DNA of 64,000 bases, taken from NCBI GenBank assembly GCA_963811105.1, contig CAWEPZ010000013.1, forward strand, positions 160,001 to 224,000, in the 5' to 3' direction. Of the stretch, positions 55,087-64,000 are shown one piece after another; positions within the stretch are counted from its first letter, which is position 1, and each line of letters begins with the position of its first letter. The translations under genes were made by a program, and so were the position numbers. The notes below the pieces were generated by a model. The model did no database searches and was not told the DNA's origin. It saw only the letters and a program-made list of their open reading frames with translations. The DNA is from Candidatus Bathyarchaeota archaeon. Its GTDB lineage: Archaea > Thermoproteota > Bathyarchaeia > Bathyarchaeales > Bathycorpusculaceae.

Positions 55087-57261
55087 TCAGGTCATGCCCC
55101 AAACGGTTAGTTGACTGTTTAGACGGGTTCCGTCATTGAATGCTCCGCCTGTGATTATCTCACTTGGAAAGTCACCATTTATGTTGTCTACCGTCACTGA
55201 GTTGATTATTGTGTTGCTTGTCCAGTACCACGATTGAATATTCTTAACTGCTAGATTTAAACCTGACCACACTATCAACTGAGCAACATCCCGAGAACCA
55301 TCATTAAACCTTCCCCCAGTCACAATCTCAGCTTGCCCATAACCATCAACATCACCAATTGCCACAGAATTAATAACAGTATTACCCGTCCAATACCACG
55401 ATTGGATATTCTTAACTGCTAGGTTTAAGCCTGACCACACTATCAACTGAGCAACATCCCGAGAACCATCATTAAAGAATCCACCCGTAACAACCTCAAT
55501 CTGATCATTATCGTCAACATCACCAATTGCCACAGAATTAATAACAGTATTACCCGTCCAATACCACGATTGGATATTCTTAACTGCTAGGTTTAAGCCT
55601 GACCACACTATCAACTGAGCAACATCCCGAGAACCATCATTAAACCTTCCCCCAGTCACAATCTCAGCTTGCCCATAACCATCAACATCACCAATTGCCA
55701 CAGAATTAATAACAGTATTACCCGTCCAATACCACGATTGGATCCCCTCCACCGCAAGATTCGAACCAGCCCACACAATAAGCTGAGCAACATCCCGAGA
55801 GCCATCATTAAAGAATCCACCCGTAACAACCTCGAGCCGTCCATCACCGTCAACATCACCCACAGCTACTGAATTAATCACTGTATTGCCTGTCCAGTAC
55901 CAACACGTAAGCCGCTCAACCGACAAGTTGGAACCAGACCAGACGATCAACTGTGCAACATTTCTGGTGCCGTCAAAGAAAGACCCTCCAGTAACAACCT
56001 CCACTTGCCCGTCACCGTCAACGTCGCCAACCGCCACGGAATTTATTGTGGTGTTACCTGTCCAGTACCAACACTGAATTCTCTCAGCAGCTAAGCTTGA
56101 GCTGTTCCAAACTATCAGCTGAGCAACGTTTCGCGTTCCATCGTTGAAGCATCCGCCCGTAACAATCTCTGTTTGGCCATCACCGTCAACATCGCCCGCA
56201 GCCGTCGAATTTACGTAGGTGTTAGATACCCAGTTCCAAGACGAAACACCGTTAAGTTGCAGTTGTTTGGGACCATGGTTGCAGTCAACTACGTAGGTAA
56301 AGTTGGCGACACCGTATATTCTCAACAAGTAGCTATCAGTCTTACTGGCAATAAACTCGTGAATATGAGTCCCACCGCCATTTATTACTTGATTTGGAAC
56401 CACTGTCAAATTAGAAAAATACACAACCGAACCCCAATAGCTGTCTGGACTAATATGAATAGTGAGCAAAACCAAATCGCCTTGACTAACCCCTGAAACC
56501 CAGTAATAATCAACATCATTAGCCTCGTGAAAACCCGTCTGCGTATACATTGGCTGCTCCGAAATTGGATAGTTGCAGTCAACTACGTAGGTAAAGTTGG
56601 CGACACCGTATATTCTCAACAAGTAGCTATCAGTCTTACTGGCAATAAACTCGTGAATATGAGTCCCACCGCCATTTATTACTTGATTTGGAACCACTGT
56701 CAAATTAGAAAAATACACAACCGAACCCCAATAGCTGTCTGGACTAATATGAATAGTGAGCAAAACCAAATCGCCTTGACTAACCCCTGAAACCCAGTAA
56801 TAATCAACATCATTAGCCTCGTGAAAACCCGTCTGCGTATACATTGGCTGCTCCGAAATTGGATAGTTGCAGTCAACTACGTAGGTAAAGTTGGCGACAC
56901 CGTATATTCTCAACAAGTAGCTATCAGTCTTACTGGCAATAAACTCGTGAATATGAGTCCCACCGCCATTTATTACTTGATTTGGAACCACTGTCAAATT
57001 AGAAAAATACACAACCGAACCCCAATAGCTGTCTGGACTAATATGAATAGTGAGCAAAACCAAATCGCCTTGACTAACCCCTGAAACCCAGTAATAATCA
57101 ACATCATTAGCCTCGTGAAAACCCGTCTGCGTATATGTGGCGTTAGGTTCATTATATGAAGCCGCAGCGGAACCTCTTTGAACTGAAGAGGAGAAACCTG
57201 CTGAGCCTATGAATATTGAGGATAGTAAAATTATGAGTAAGAAGAATACAGATTTTTTCAT
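55087..57261 (-). CDS. Secreted protein: three identical PPC-like beta-sandwich modules plus C-terminal 7-blade propeller
   Basis: Signal peptide; DVDYYWV...GD...YLLRIY x3; 7 repeats ending NSQLTVWGMT*. Confidence 0.85.
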   Translation of the reverse strand: MKKSVFFLLIILLSSIFIGSAGFSSSVQRGSAAASYNEPNATYTQTGFHEANDVDYYWVSGVSQGDLVLLTIHISPDSYWGSVVYFSNLTVVPNQVINGGGTHIHEFIASKTDSYLLRIYGVANFTYVVDCNYPISEQPMYTQTGFHEANDVDYYWVSGVSQGDLVLLTIHISPDSYWGSVVYFSNLTVVPNQVINGGGTHIHEFIASKTDSYLLRIYGVANFTYVVDCNYPISEQPMYTQTGFHEANDVDYYWVSGVSQGDLVLLTIHISPDSYWGSVVYFSNLTVVPNQVINGGGTHIHEFIASKTDSYLLRIYGVANFTYVVDCNHGPKQLQLNGVSSWNWVSNTYVNSTAAGDVDGDGQTEIVTGGCFNDGTRNVAQLIVWNSSSLAAERIQCWYWTGNTTINSVAVGDVDGDGQVEVVTGGSFFDGTRNVAQLIVWSGSNLSVERLTCWYWTGNTVINSVAVGDVDGDGRLEVVTGGFFNDGSRDVAQLIVWAGSNLAVEGIQSWYWTGNTVINSVAIGDVDGYGQAEIVTGGRFNDGSRDVAQLIVWSGLNLAVKNIQSWYWTGNTVINSVAIGDVDDNDQIEVVTGGFFNDGSRDVAQLIVWSGLNLAVKNIQSWYWTGNTVINSVAIGDVDGYGQAEIVTGGRFNDGSRDVAQLIVWSGLNLAVKNIQSWYWTSNTIINSVTVDNINGDFPSEIITGGAFNDGTRLNSQLTVWGMT
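56278..57135. repeat. Tandem 294-bp repeat, about 3 copies, apparently identical
   Basis: Unit starts at 56278, 56572 and 56866. Confidence 0.95.
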
Positions 57262-57829
57262 TTATTCCTTCTCCTGCATGTGATAACAGTGAGTCCCAAT
57301 GCCCTTGCCAGCCTTTAAGCTTGTGCAAGCAGCTTCTTTCCCACTTTACCTGTCCCATATCTTGTTTCTTGGCTTAAAGTTTGCGGTCGTGCCAAAGCGA
57401 AGGACCAAACTGAAAATCTGCAAATAGGGAAACGTTTTTCATATATTTTCTACATAATGTAATTTTAGGAAATAAGGTTAAGTTAATCCCGCTATTTTAG
57501 ACCTAGAACAAGAAAAGGGAAGCATTAGAAGACGCAATTATGTCGCAACTTAACGCCACTATTAACAACAATCTTTTAGTTTTAAAAAGCCAATGTAGAT
57601 TTGTTGTCTTGTTTTGTGGTGTCTTAGGCAGATTACTCTCTAACCGGCTGCTTTCAGCGTTGTCTTGAAATCCAAAATTGTGGGGTCAGAGGATATTGCA
57701 GTTGAGGAAATGAAGAAAAGTTGCAATTTGAGGGGGTAGGAAAAGCTGGAAACGACTTCTAGACGCTTAGAATTGCTAAAGCTTGAAGGTTTTCCCAAAC
57801 GCACAACTGAGCACTAGACCTTCGTCTGC

Positions 57830-58049
57830 AGGACTCAATTGGCAAAATTAACTTAGCAAGGGTAGTTGTTGATGGCGTGTTTTTTTCACCCTCATCAACA
57901 ACTACTAAGCCTAAGCGAGATGCTTTCATCCGTACAGAAGTCAGAGTTTTGCCCAGAACCTTTGCAATAGAACGCATAGACTTCATTTCCGTTAATAATT
58001 GTCGAAGTTGCCGTTAATCTTCAACTGCCCAAGGTTTGCCCTTCGCCAT
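57830..58049 (-). pseudogene. Truncated Myb/GcrA-like HTH gene, copy 1 (internal stop)
   Basis: MAKGKPWAVED*RQLRQLL...IAKVLGKTLTSVRMKASRLGL. Confidence 0.65.
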
Positions 58050-58492
58050 TAAGCTCATCCGGTCTATCACCTGACCTCTCTCACGTTGCAATATTCGCTA
58101 AGCCCACATCATTTTAGTTTCCATTCATCGCAGGGTTCGCATTTTTTGGCCTTGTTTATCTTGCGGGCGAATTGGATCTCAGAGAAAGAAAAGAACCGGT
58201 CAAAATAATCCCAAAAACAATGATTCAAAACAAAAACATCTTTAAAAAACCAATTTTCGTTGCAGGATTAGTTTTCTTGGGAGTTTGGCTCGTTCTGTAT
58301 AGGATGGAAATTTGGGCGAACCTTGAATCACTATTTGCTAACTGGGTAACAATAATTCTCGGACCCGTAGCATTGCTATAATGATCATTCTCCTGATAGT
58401 AGTGGAAATGACAACGAAAAAGAGAAACAGCGCTCCAGTTATTGTGTGAATTAAGAAAAAAGAGGTTGAGGGTGAAATCTCCAGTAGGGCAG

Positions 58493-58516
58493 GGGTTCAA
58501 ATCCCGCCCGGTCCAC
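58493..58516 (+). repeat. tRNA-Ala 3' end fragment (att-like)
   Basis: GGGTTCAAATCCCGCCCGGTCCAC: T-arm plus 3' acceptor strand typical of archaeal tRNA-Ala. Confidence 0.7.
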
Positions 58517-58534
58517 AGTTTAGCTCGGTTTTGC

Positions 58535-58966
58535 CTATTCTAGCTCTTCCAAAAAAAGTAAGGTGATGCCAAATGATTTTTTCCCCATTTCATCTGCCAA
58601 CTCTTGCTCTTTACGAGCAAAAAGGGCGTCACCGGCAATTTTATTGGCCAGCGCCAAAATGAAGCAATCGGGAAGCGAAATAGCTCGTTGGCACTTGATT
58701 TTGGCCGCTTCGTTGATTAATTGTGAGGTGCCTTCAACCGTAAAATATCCTGAAGCAAGGAGTTTGTTTACTCTTTCTTTTGAGTGCTGCCATCCAAATT
58801 TTCTGCATAGGACATATCGCAGCTCTGTTATGGCTAACTCCGTGGTGTAGGCTTCAACCATGTCGGTTTCGAGAGCTTTTTTGAGCTTTTGTCCCAAGCT
58901 ATCAGAGAATATTAGCTCAATTAGTGAGCTGGTGTCTATGGCTAATTTTCCTTTCAAGTCTTTCAT
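58535..58966 (-). CDS. vapC: PIN-domain VapC toxin
   Basis: AIDTSSLIE, TELRYVLCR, ISLPDCFILALA. Confidence 0.88.
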   Translation of the reverse strand: MKDLKGKLAIDTSSLIELIFSDSLGQKLKKALETDMVEAYTTELAITELRYVLCRKFGWQHSKERVNKLLASGYFTVEGTSQLINEAAKIKCQRAISLPDCFILALANKIAGDALFARKEQELADEMGKKSFGITLLFLEELE

Positions 58967-59186
58967 TATCGATCTTCCGTTCTGTCTCTAGTTCTTCAAG
59001 CGCTTCTTTAACTCCTATAGTTGGGCTGCATGCTTCTTCCAGCAACCGAGGGTTTTTATTCCGCTGATCCACCAAGAAACGAAGGGCGTCATTTAGGTCA
59101 ACTCGTCGCCCCGTCTTGATTTGAAGTTCGGATGCGACCTTCAAGAGTTTTTCTTTAACGTCCTCAGTTACAGATATTGTAGTCAT
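58917..59186 (-). CDS. VapB-type antitoxin
   Basis: MTTISVTEDVKEKLLKVASELQ...VDLNDALRFL; overlaps the PIN gene. Confidence 0.8.
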   Translation of the reverse strand: MTTISVTEDVKEKLLKVASELQIKTGRRVDLNDALRFLVDQRNKNPRLLEEACSPTIGVKEALEELETERKIDNERLERKISHRHQLTN

Positions 59187-59259
59187 ATAGATCACATTAG
59201 CTATAGCAGCTATAGTAGATATACCCATCTAGTTGTATCTGCGAGAATTTACGCATTTG

Positions 59260-59324
59260 CAGTTAGACATGATCGCCGCGTTCGCAACGTGGAAGCCGCG
59301 GGTTCAAATCCCGCCTGGTTCCAC
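59260..59324 (+). pseudogene. 5'-truncated tRNA-Ala(CGC)
   Basis: Anticodon arm CCGCG-TTCGCAA-CGTGG, variable loop AAGCC, T-arm GCGGG-TTCAAAT-CCCGC, then CTGGTTCCA; 5' acceptor strand absent. Confidence 0.78.
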
Positions 59325-59582
59325 TTTCACATCGTTCAGTCATAAACTCCAGGTCTTAACGATGTTGAAAAAATCAAAGTTGGCAAAAGATAAACTATTG
59401 ACACGTTGATTAGTGAAGAGACTCTTTTGTTTGGGAAGTATCTGAGAAATTAAAAGAAAGAGTGGATTCCATGAACCCCAACAGACTAACTTTTGCTAGT
59501 CAAGACGGAATGTAAAAGCTTTTCTAAATAGAATTCCGATAAGCCATAGTAATATCGCAAGTAGGAAAAGTTAAGCGATATA

Positions 59583-60168
59583 GTGGTTGGTTTGGATGTT
59601 CACTGGAAAAATAATCAGGTGACCGTTATGAGGTTGAACGGTGAGATTGTTAAGAAAGAAAGAGTTAGTACTTGTAAAGCTTCGCGTCGCAGATGTTTAG
59701 AAGATGTTCCGGTGGGAAGTAGGGTTGCGTTGGAATCTATGTTTTTGTTGGCCTTGGATAGATTTTTTAGATGAGCTTGGGTTTATGCTTTAACTTAGTA
59801 AAGGTAGATGATGATGGCGTGTTTTTTTCACTCCCATCAACAACTACTAAGCCTAATCGAGATATTTTCATTTGTACATAGGTAAGGCTTTTTCCTAGAA
59901 TCTCTGCAATAGAACGCATAGACTTTTTTTCTGCCAACAGTTGTCGAAGTTGCCGTTCATCCTCAACTGTCCAAGGCATGCCCTTCGCCATTAACCTCTT
60001 CCGGTTTGCTGCAGACTTCTTGAACAGTTGGATTTCCGCTGATGATCCTGCTCCACCTGCTAAGTTTCAATGTTTTTTCCCCACAAATAGCCCGATAATA
60101 ATTCCAGTTATGCCTGTTTTGCCGCTTATGTCTATTCCTGGGATTGGTTTTTTGTCTGCAGATTTTGT
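59583..60168 (+). mobile_element. IS110-family transposase remnants (interrupted)
   Basis: VVGLDVHWK...VALES...WPWIDFLDELG (DEDD N-terminus) and LMSIPGIGFLSA at about 60125-60160. Confidence 0.7.
59767..59991 (-). pseudogene. Truncated Myb/GcrA-like HTH gene, copy 2
   Basis: MAKGMPWTVEDERQLRQLL...IAEILGKS..VQMKISRLGL; DNA-level paralog of 57830-58049. Confidence 0.65.
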
Positions 60169-60170
60169 TC

Positions 60171-63100
60171 TCAGGTCATGCCCCAAACGGTTAGTTGGCT
60201 GTTTAGACGTGTTCCGTCATAGAATGTTCCGCCAGTAATGATTTCACTTAAGAAGTCACCGTTCGCATCGGTAATAACGACTGAGTCGATTGAAGTGTTG
60301 TCTGTCCAATACCACGTTTTTACGTTCTCAAACCCTAGCGTTGACCCTGACCAAACTACTAGCTGAGCAACATCTCGCGTGCCATCATAGAATTGACCAC
60401 CTGTCACTACTTCAGCTTGCCCATCACTATCAGGATCGCCTATGGCAACGGAATTGATTGCAGTGTCGCTCATCCAATACCAGGTAGTCAGTCTATCAAC
60501 TACTAAGTTGGCTCCGCTCCATTCGACGAGTTGAGCGATATTGCGTGTGCCATCATTGTAGTAGCCGCCGGTAACAACTTCAACCTTAGTATCGCCGTCA
60601 GCGTCACCAATCGCAACTGAATTAATCACCGTGTTACCCATCCAATACCAACACCTTAGTCTATCAACCGTCAAGCTAGCACCATTCCACTCTACAAGTT
60701 GAGCAACATTACGTAAACCATCGTAGTAGAATCCGCCAGTAACAACTTCGGCTTGACCGTCACTGTCTACGTCGCCTACGGCTACAGAATTAATCGCTGT
60801 GTCGCCACTCCAATACCAACTCTTGACATTTTCCAGCGACAAAATAGTGCCGTTCCAAACACACAACTCAGCAACATTCCGAGTACCATCGTTGTATTGT
60901 CCCCCAGAGACAATTTCAACTTGTCCATCGCCATCAACGTCGCCTATCGCTAATGACGTGATAACTGTATCTCCGGTCCAATTCCATGTTTTAACGTTCT
61001 CCAAAGCTAGGTCAGCACCATTCCAAACGACTAACTGAGCCACTTTGCGTGTACCATCGTAATAGTATCCCCCAGTAACAATTTCAACTTGACCATCACC
61101 ATCAACATCACCTAACGCTACTGAGTTAATGGTGGTGTTGCCGGTCCAGTACCAACATTTGACGCACTCTACAGCCAGGTTCGAGCTGTTCCAAACTACT
61201 ATTTGGGCTACGTTGCGTAAGCCATCGTTATAGTATCCCGCTGAGATGATTTCGACATGTCCGTCATTGTTAACATCACCTGAAGCTTCCGAATTGATGA
61301 TTGTGTATGAATTCCAATACCAAGCTTTAACGTTATTGACAACTACGTCTCCAATAATAGTTATCGCAGTATTGCTAACGTATAGGTTATTAAAAGTGGA
61401 AACTTCGCCGAATACCGGTGACAACTGAGCACTCAAAATATAGTTGCCCTTTGCAAGCAAAGAGGTATTCCACGAGAACTCAACTGTGCGGTTGGTTTTA
61501 CCTGGCAAGGTGAAAGTTGATGTGTGAATAACTGTAGAGTTTGCATAAACTAAGAGGGTGAAGTTCTCAGCAAAGTAACCAAAGTTTGATACTGCAACAT
61601 AGGTCTTTTGGATAGACCCCAGCGGTATTATCGCATTTGGAGATACGACATTTTCTAATCCGATGTCAGGCTTGCCTATTACGGACACAATCGCGTTTGT
61701 TCGAGTAGTTTCCGGAACACTTGGAAAATACACGGTTGCATAATTGATAATTTCCGCATAATCAGGCAAATTGTTTTTGGGTTTGATAGAGTAGTTGGCG
61801 TAACCTCCCTGACTTGGCCCTACTTCACCTACAAACCAGGTTATTGTTCGAGATGATGGATTATAAGTACCTGGTGGGGCAATAATAGAGGCATCAGCCG
61901 TATCGTAGACTGATCCGATCTGTAAAGTTGAATCATCTAAGTCTGCATCTAATGTGTCTGTAAAGTACACTCCAAAAGCAATTCCTCCACCTTCGTTCTC
62001 AAACTCTACCTTGTATTCTAGTTTTTGGCTCTCTGAGACATAGCCTTGATCACCGTATTTAACGTTAGGATCACGCGCAACGCTAATTTGGCTCGTAGCA
62101 TTATTGGAGCCAAATTTTCCTGAATCCCAATCTTGAGGCATTGGTTGTGGAAAATCAACGTTGAATACGTCGCCCATATGGCCATGACCCCCAACTAACA
62201 TAACATCGTCGTCATATGCAATGAAGTTGGGAGCGATTGGAATGCCAGGTATGTAGTTAGAATTTATGTCTATTCCTTGGTTGAAATAAGCCGCCCAGAC
62301 GAGCTCAGTACAGTACCAACCAAGTAAGTCCCCATTTAAGCGCGGAAGGGGATTATATCCAATGGGCGGTATTGGTAACACGTAAGGAAGGTTTTTGTGG
62401 AGCTCTGCTTCCGCAAAGGCTACTGCTGCGTTGATTTGTGCTTGTGTAGCATCTTTTACCCTAAGAATCCCAACATCAGTTCGACGGGGGACATCCCACT
62501 TTTCGATAGACTCTTTGATTGGACCGCTATGACCACCCTCATTTAGAACGGAAGAAATCACATAACCGTTACCATCGTAAATTCCCACATGATCCCAGTA
62601 GCCTGGAACCTGCCCACCGTTACTATGTTCTATAAGAATGTCACCCTTTTTGAGTTGCTGTCTCCAATCTGATGTGCTCCCTGAAGATACAGGCGTTAAA
62701 TATGATGGAGCTTTCGCTTCAACCAATGATAACGTCTCGGGACTATTTGACGAAGGGGATAGAAGTAATGGGTAAGCTAGAACTGTAGTCTTCAGAATGG
62801 TTCCACTTGCTAATCCCCATTTTGCACGAACAGTGATAGAAAGAGAATTGATGGATTTTGCATTTACATTAGTAATATCCCAGAAGACGGTATTTACCTC
62901 CCAATCGCAATAACCATTTCCCGAACAGGATACGAATTCTACGTATTCAGGCAGCGCAGCTTTAATTTGAGTATTATCGACGGCTATTAACCCATCATTC
63001 ATGTACTCAACTATGTAATTTACTGTTTGACCTGGACTTACCCGTTCAGGTCCCCAAACATTTACTTTAAGATCTGCTTGCGGCGGCAGACCTATTTTTA

Positions 63101-64000
63101 TTTTTTCTACACCTATTGACAGAACTCTTGATGGAGAGCTATCATATAGTATTCCAGAAACGACTCCAATAAGTGGTTCATTGAAAAAACCTTTCATTTC
63201 AAATACATTTGGTTGTGCAATATTGTCATAAGTCCATCCTTCACCTGAACCAAAATCGGTAACATAAGAAAGAATTGAGAAACCTTGACCATAGTAAGGA
63301 TTAGCTGAACTATTTATGCTGACGTGAGTAGTAGAGACCGTTAGAGGACCATAATAGTACCCTGAAGATTGACCTTGAATTTGAGTTTGAAGCACATAAA
63401 GTCCTGTTGAAGGATAAGCCACGCTTGACCGATAACTCGGTATTCCATCAAGGTTTAGTATTGCATATACTAGGCTTGAGCCAATGTGGCTGATCGTACA
63501 ATTAGCCACAAAGCTGTCGAAAATATTACTACCATTAACAGATTCTGACAAGAACCCCTCAAGGATTCCTTGAAGACCAACTGACAAGGTACCTTTTAAA
63601 CAGGTTTTGTTTTCCCCAGGAACATTGAAAATTATCCCCTGCCAGTCACCCTGATATTGGCTTCCTTCTATTCTTGCATTGTATGTACCTTTTGAAAAGC
63701 CTTCCCCAACGAACGATCCAGAGCTAATCTGGACAATTTCCAAGTTAGTAAAGTTAAGAGACCCGCTCAAATCGCCTGTTACCAAAGTTTGCAGCGTTGC
63801 AGTTTGAACATTAACAGTTTCACCTAGTTCAGCAGTGGTTGATATTACTTCATTCATCGTCGAGAGCGTGCGCGTATAATTAAGAGTAAAGCTCGCCGTT
63901 ATCGAATGATTCGCTTGGATTTTATTGAAACGAACAGTCTGATCACCCAATGAAGTAACAGTAATCGAACTACCATCAACAGTTATACTCTCAATAAAAT
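60171..64000 (-). CDS. Large surface protein (5'-truncated by window): Ig-like/DUF11 domains, permuted papain-like NlpC/P60 (YiiX/YebB-like) domain, DPNxKxG domain, CARDB-like domain, C-terminal 7-blade propeller
   Basis: LKKGDILI...WDHVGIY...YCTELVWAAY (His before Cys); ADLKV...PGQTVNY; RDPNVKYG; 7 repeats at 60171-61323; frame open to window end. Confidence 0.82.
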   Translation of the reverse strand, partial: FIESITVDGSSITVTSLGDQTVRFNKIQANHSITASFTLNYTRTLSTMNEVISTTAELGETVNVQTATLQTLVTGDLSGSLNFTNLEIVQISSGSFVGEGFSKGTYNARIEGSQYQGDWQGIIFNVPGENKTCLKGTLSVGLQGILEGFLSESVNGSNIFDSFVANCTISHIGSSLVYAILNLDGIPSYRSSVAYPSTGLYVLQTQIQGQSSGYYYGPLTVSTTHVSINSSANPYYGQGFSILSYVTDFGSGEGWTYDNIAQPNVFEMKGFFNEPLIGVVSGILYDSSPSRVLSIGVEKIKIGLPPQADLKVNVWGPERVSPGQTVNYIVEYMNDGLIAVDNTQIKAALPEYVEFVSCSGNGYCDWEVNTVFWDITNVNAKSINSLSITVRAKWGLASGTILKTTVLAYPLLLSPSSNSPETLSLVEAKAPSYLTPVSSGSTSDWRQQLKKGDILIEHSNGGQVPGYWDHVGIYDGNGYVISSVLNEGGHSGPIKESIEKWDVPRRTDVGILRVKDATQAQINAAVAFAEAELHKNLPYVLPIPPIGYNPLPRLNGDLLGWYCTELVWAAYFNQGIDINSNYIPGIPIAPNFIAYDDDVMLVGGHGHMGDVFNVDFPQPMPQDWDSGKFGSNNATSQISVARDPNVKYGDQGYVSESQKLEYKVEFENEGGGIAFGVYFTDTLDADLDDSTLQIGSVYDTADASIIAPPGTYNPSSRTITWFVGEVGPSQGGYANYSIKPKNNLPDYAEIINYATVYFPSVPETTRTNAIVSVIGKPDIGLENVVSPNAIIPLGSIQKTYVAVSNFGYFAENFTLLVYANSTVIHTSTFTLPGKTNRTVEFSWNTSLLAKGNYILSAQLSPVFGEVSTFNNLYVSNTAITIIGDVVVNNVKAWYWNSYTIINSEASGDVNNDGHVEIISAGYYNDGLRNVAQIVVWNSSNLAVECVKCWYWTGNTTINSVALGDVDGDGQVEIVTGGYYYDGTRKVAQLVVWNGADLALENVKTWNWTGDTVITSLAIGDVDGDGQVEIVSGGQYNDGTRNVAELCVWNGTILSLENVKSWYWSGDTAINSVAVGDVDSDGQAEVVTGGFYYDGLRNVAQLVEWNGASLTVDRLRCWYWMGNTVINSVAIGDADGDTKVEVVTGGYYNDGTRNIAQLVEWSGANLVVDRLTTWYWMSDTAINSVAIGDPDSDGQAEVVTGGQFYDGTRDVAQLVVWSGSTLGFENVKTWYWTDNTSIDSVVITDANGDFLSEIITGGTFYDGTRLNSQLTVWGMT

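Noticed and set aside
56173-57084. Three repeated + strand ORFs and similar short antisense ORFs throughout the window
   Set aside because: Shadow frames of repetitive genes on the opposite strand
29248-61323. 168-bp periodic repeats as a CRISPR array or DGR
   Set aside because: Repeats are in-frame coding blades; no cas or reverse transcriptase gene, and no adenine-specific template/variable pair recognised in the window

Overview
Archaeal accessory region; protein style, integrase remnant and small conserved ORFs suggest Bathyarchaeia (inference). There are no housekeeping or rRNA genes. The dominant feature is a family of 56-aa repeats, consensus WYWTGNTVINSVAVGDVDGDGQVEIVTGGxxxDGTRNVAQLxVWxG (FG-GAP/VCBS-like). 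Seven genes each carry exactly 7 repeats, predicting a 7-bladed beta-propeller. Five fuse it to unrelated cargo (GH17, GH5-like, NosD-like beta-helix, triple PPC-like module, permuted NlpC/P60 amidase) and two are divergently transcribed stand-alone propellers. At least six orphan propeller fragments are scattered in intergenic DNA, one fused directly to a signal peptide, and there is nucleotide-level evidence of blade exchange between paralogs. The propeller genes flank a surface-glycosylation cluster (GT-C, GT2, GT4, methyltransferase). Also present: an S8 protease with PQQ repeats, other secreted glycan-active proteins, a PAS histidine kinase, a hydrolase operon, two VapBC-type modules (one between tRNA-Ala 3' fragments), and integrase and IS110 remnants. 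Many single-base frameshifts lie in homopolymers and are probably long-read errors.
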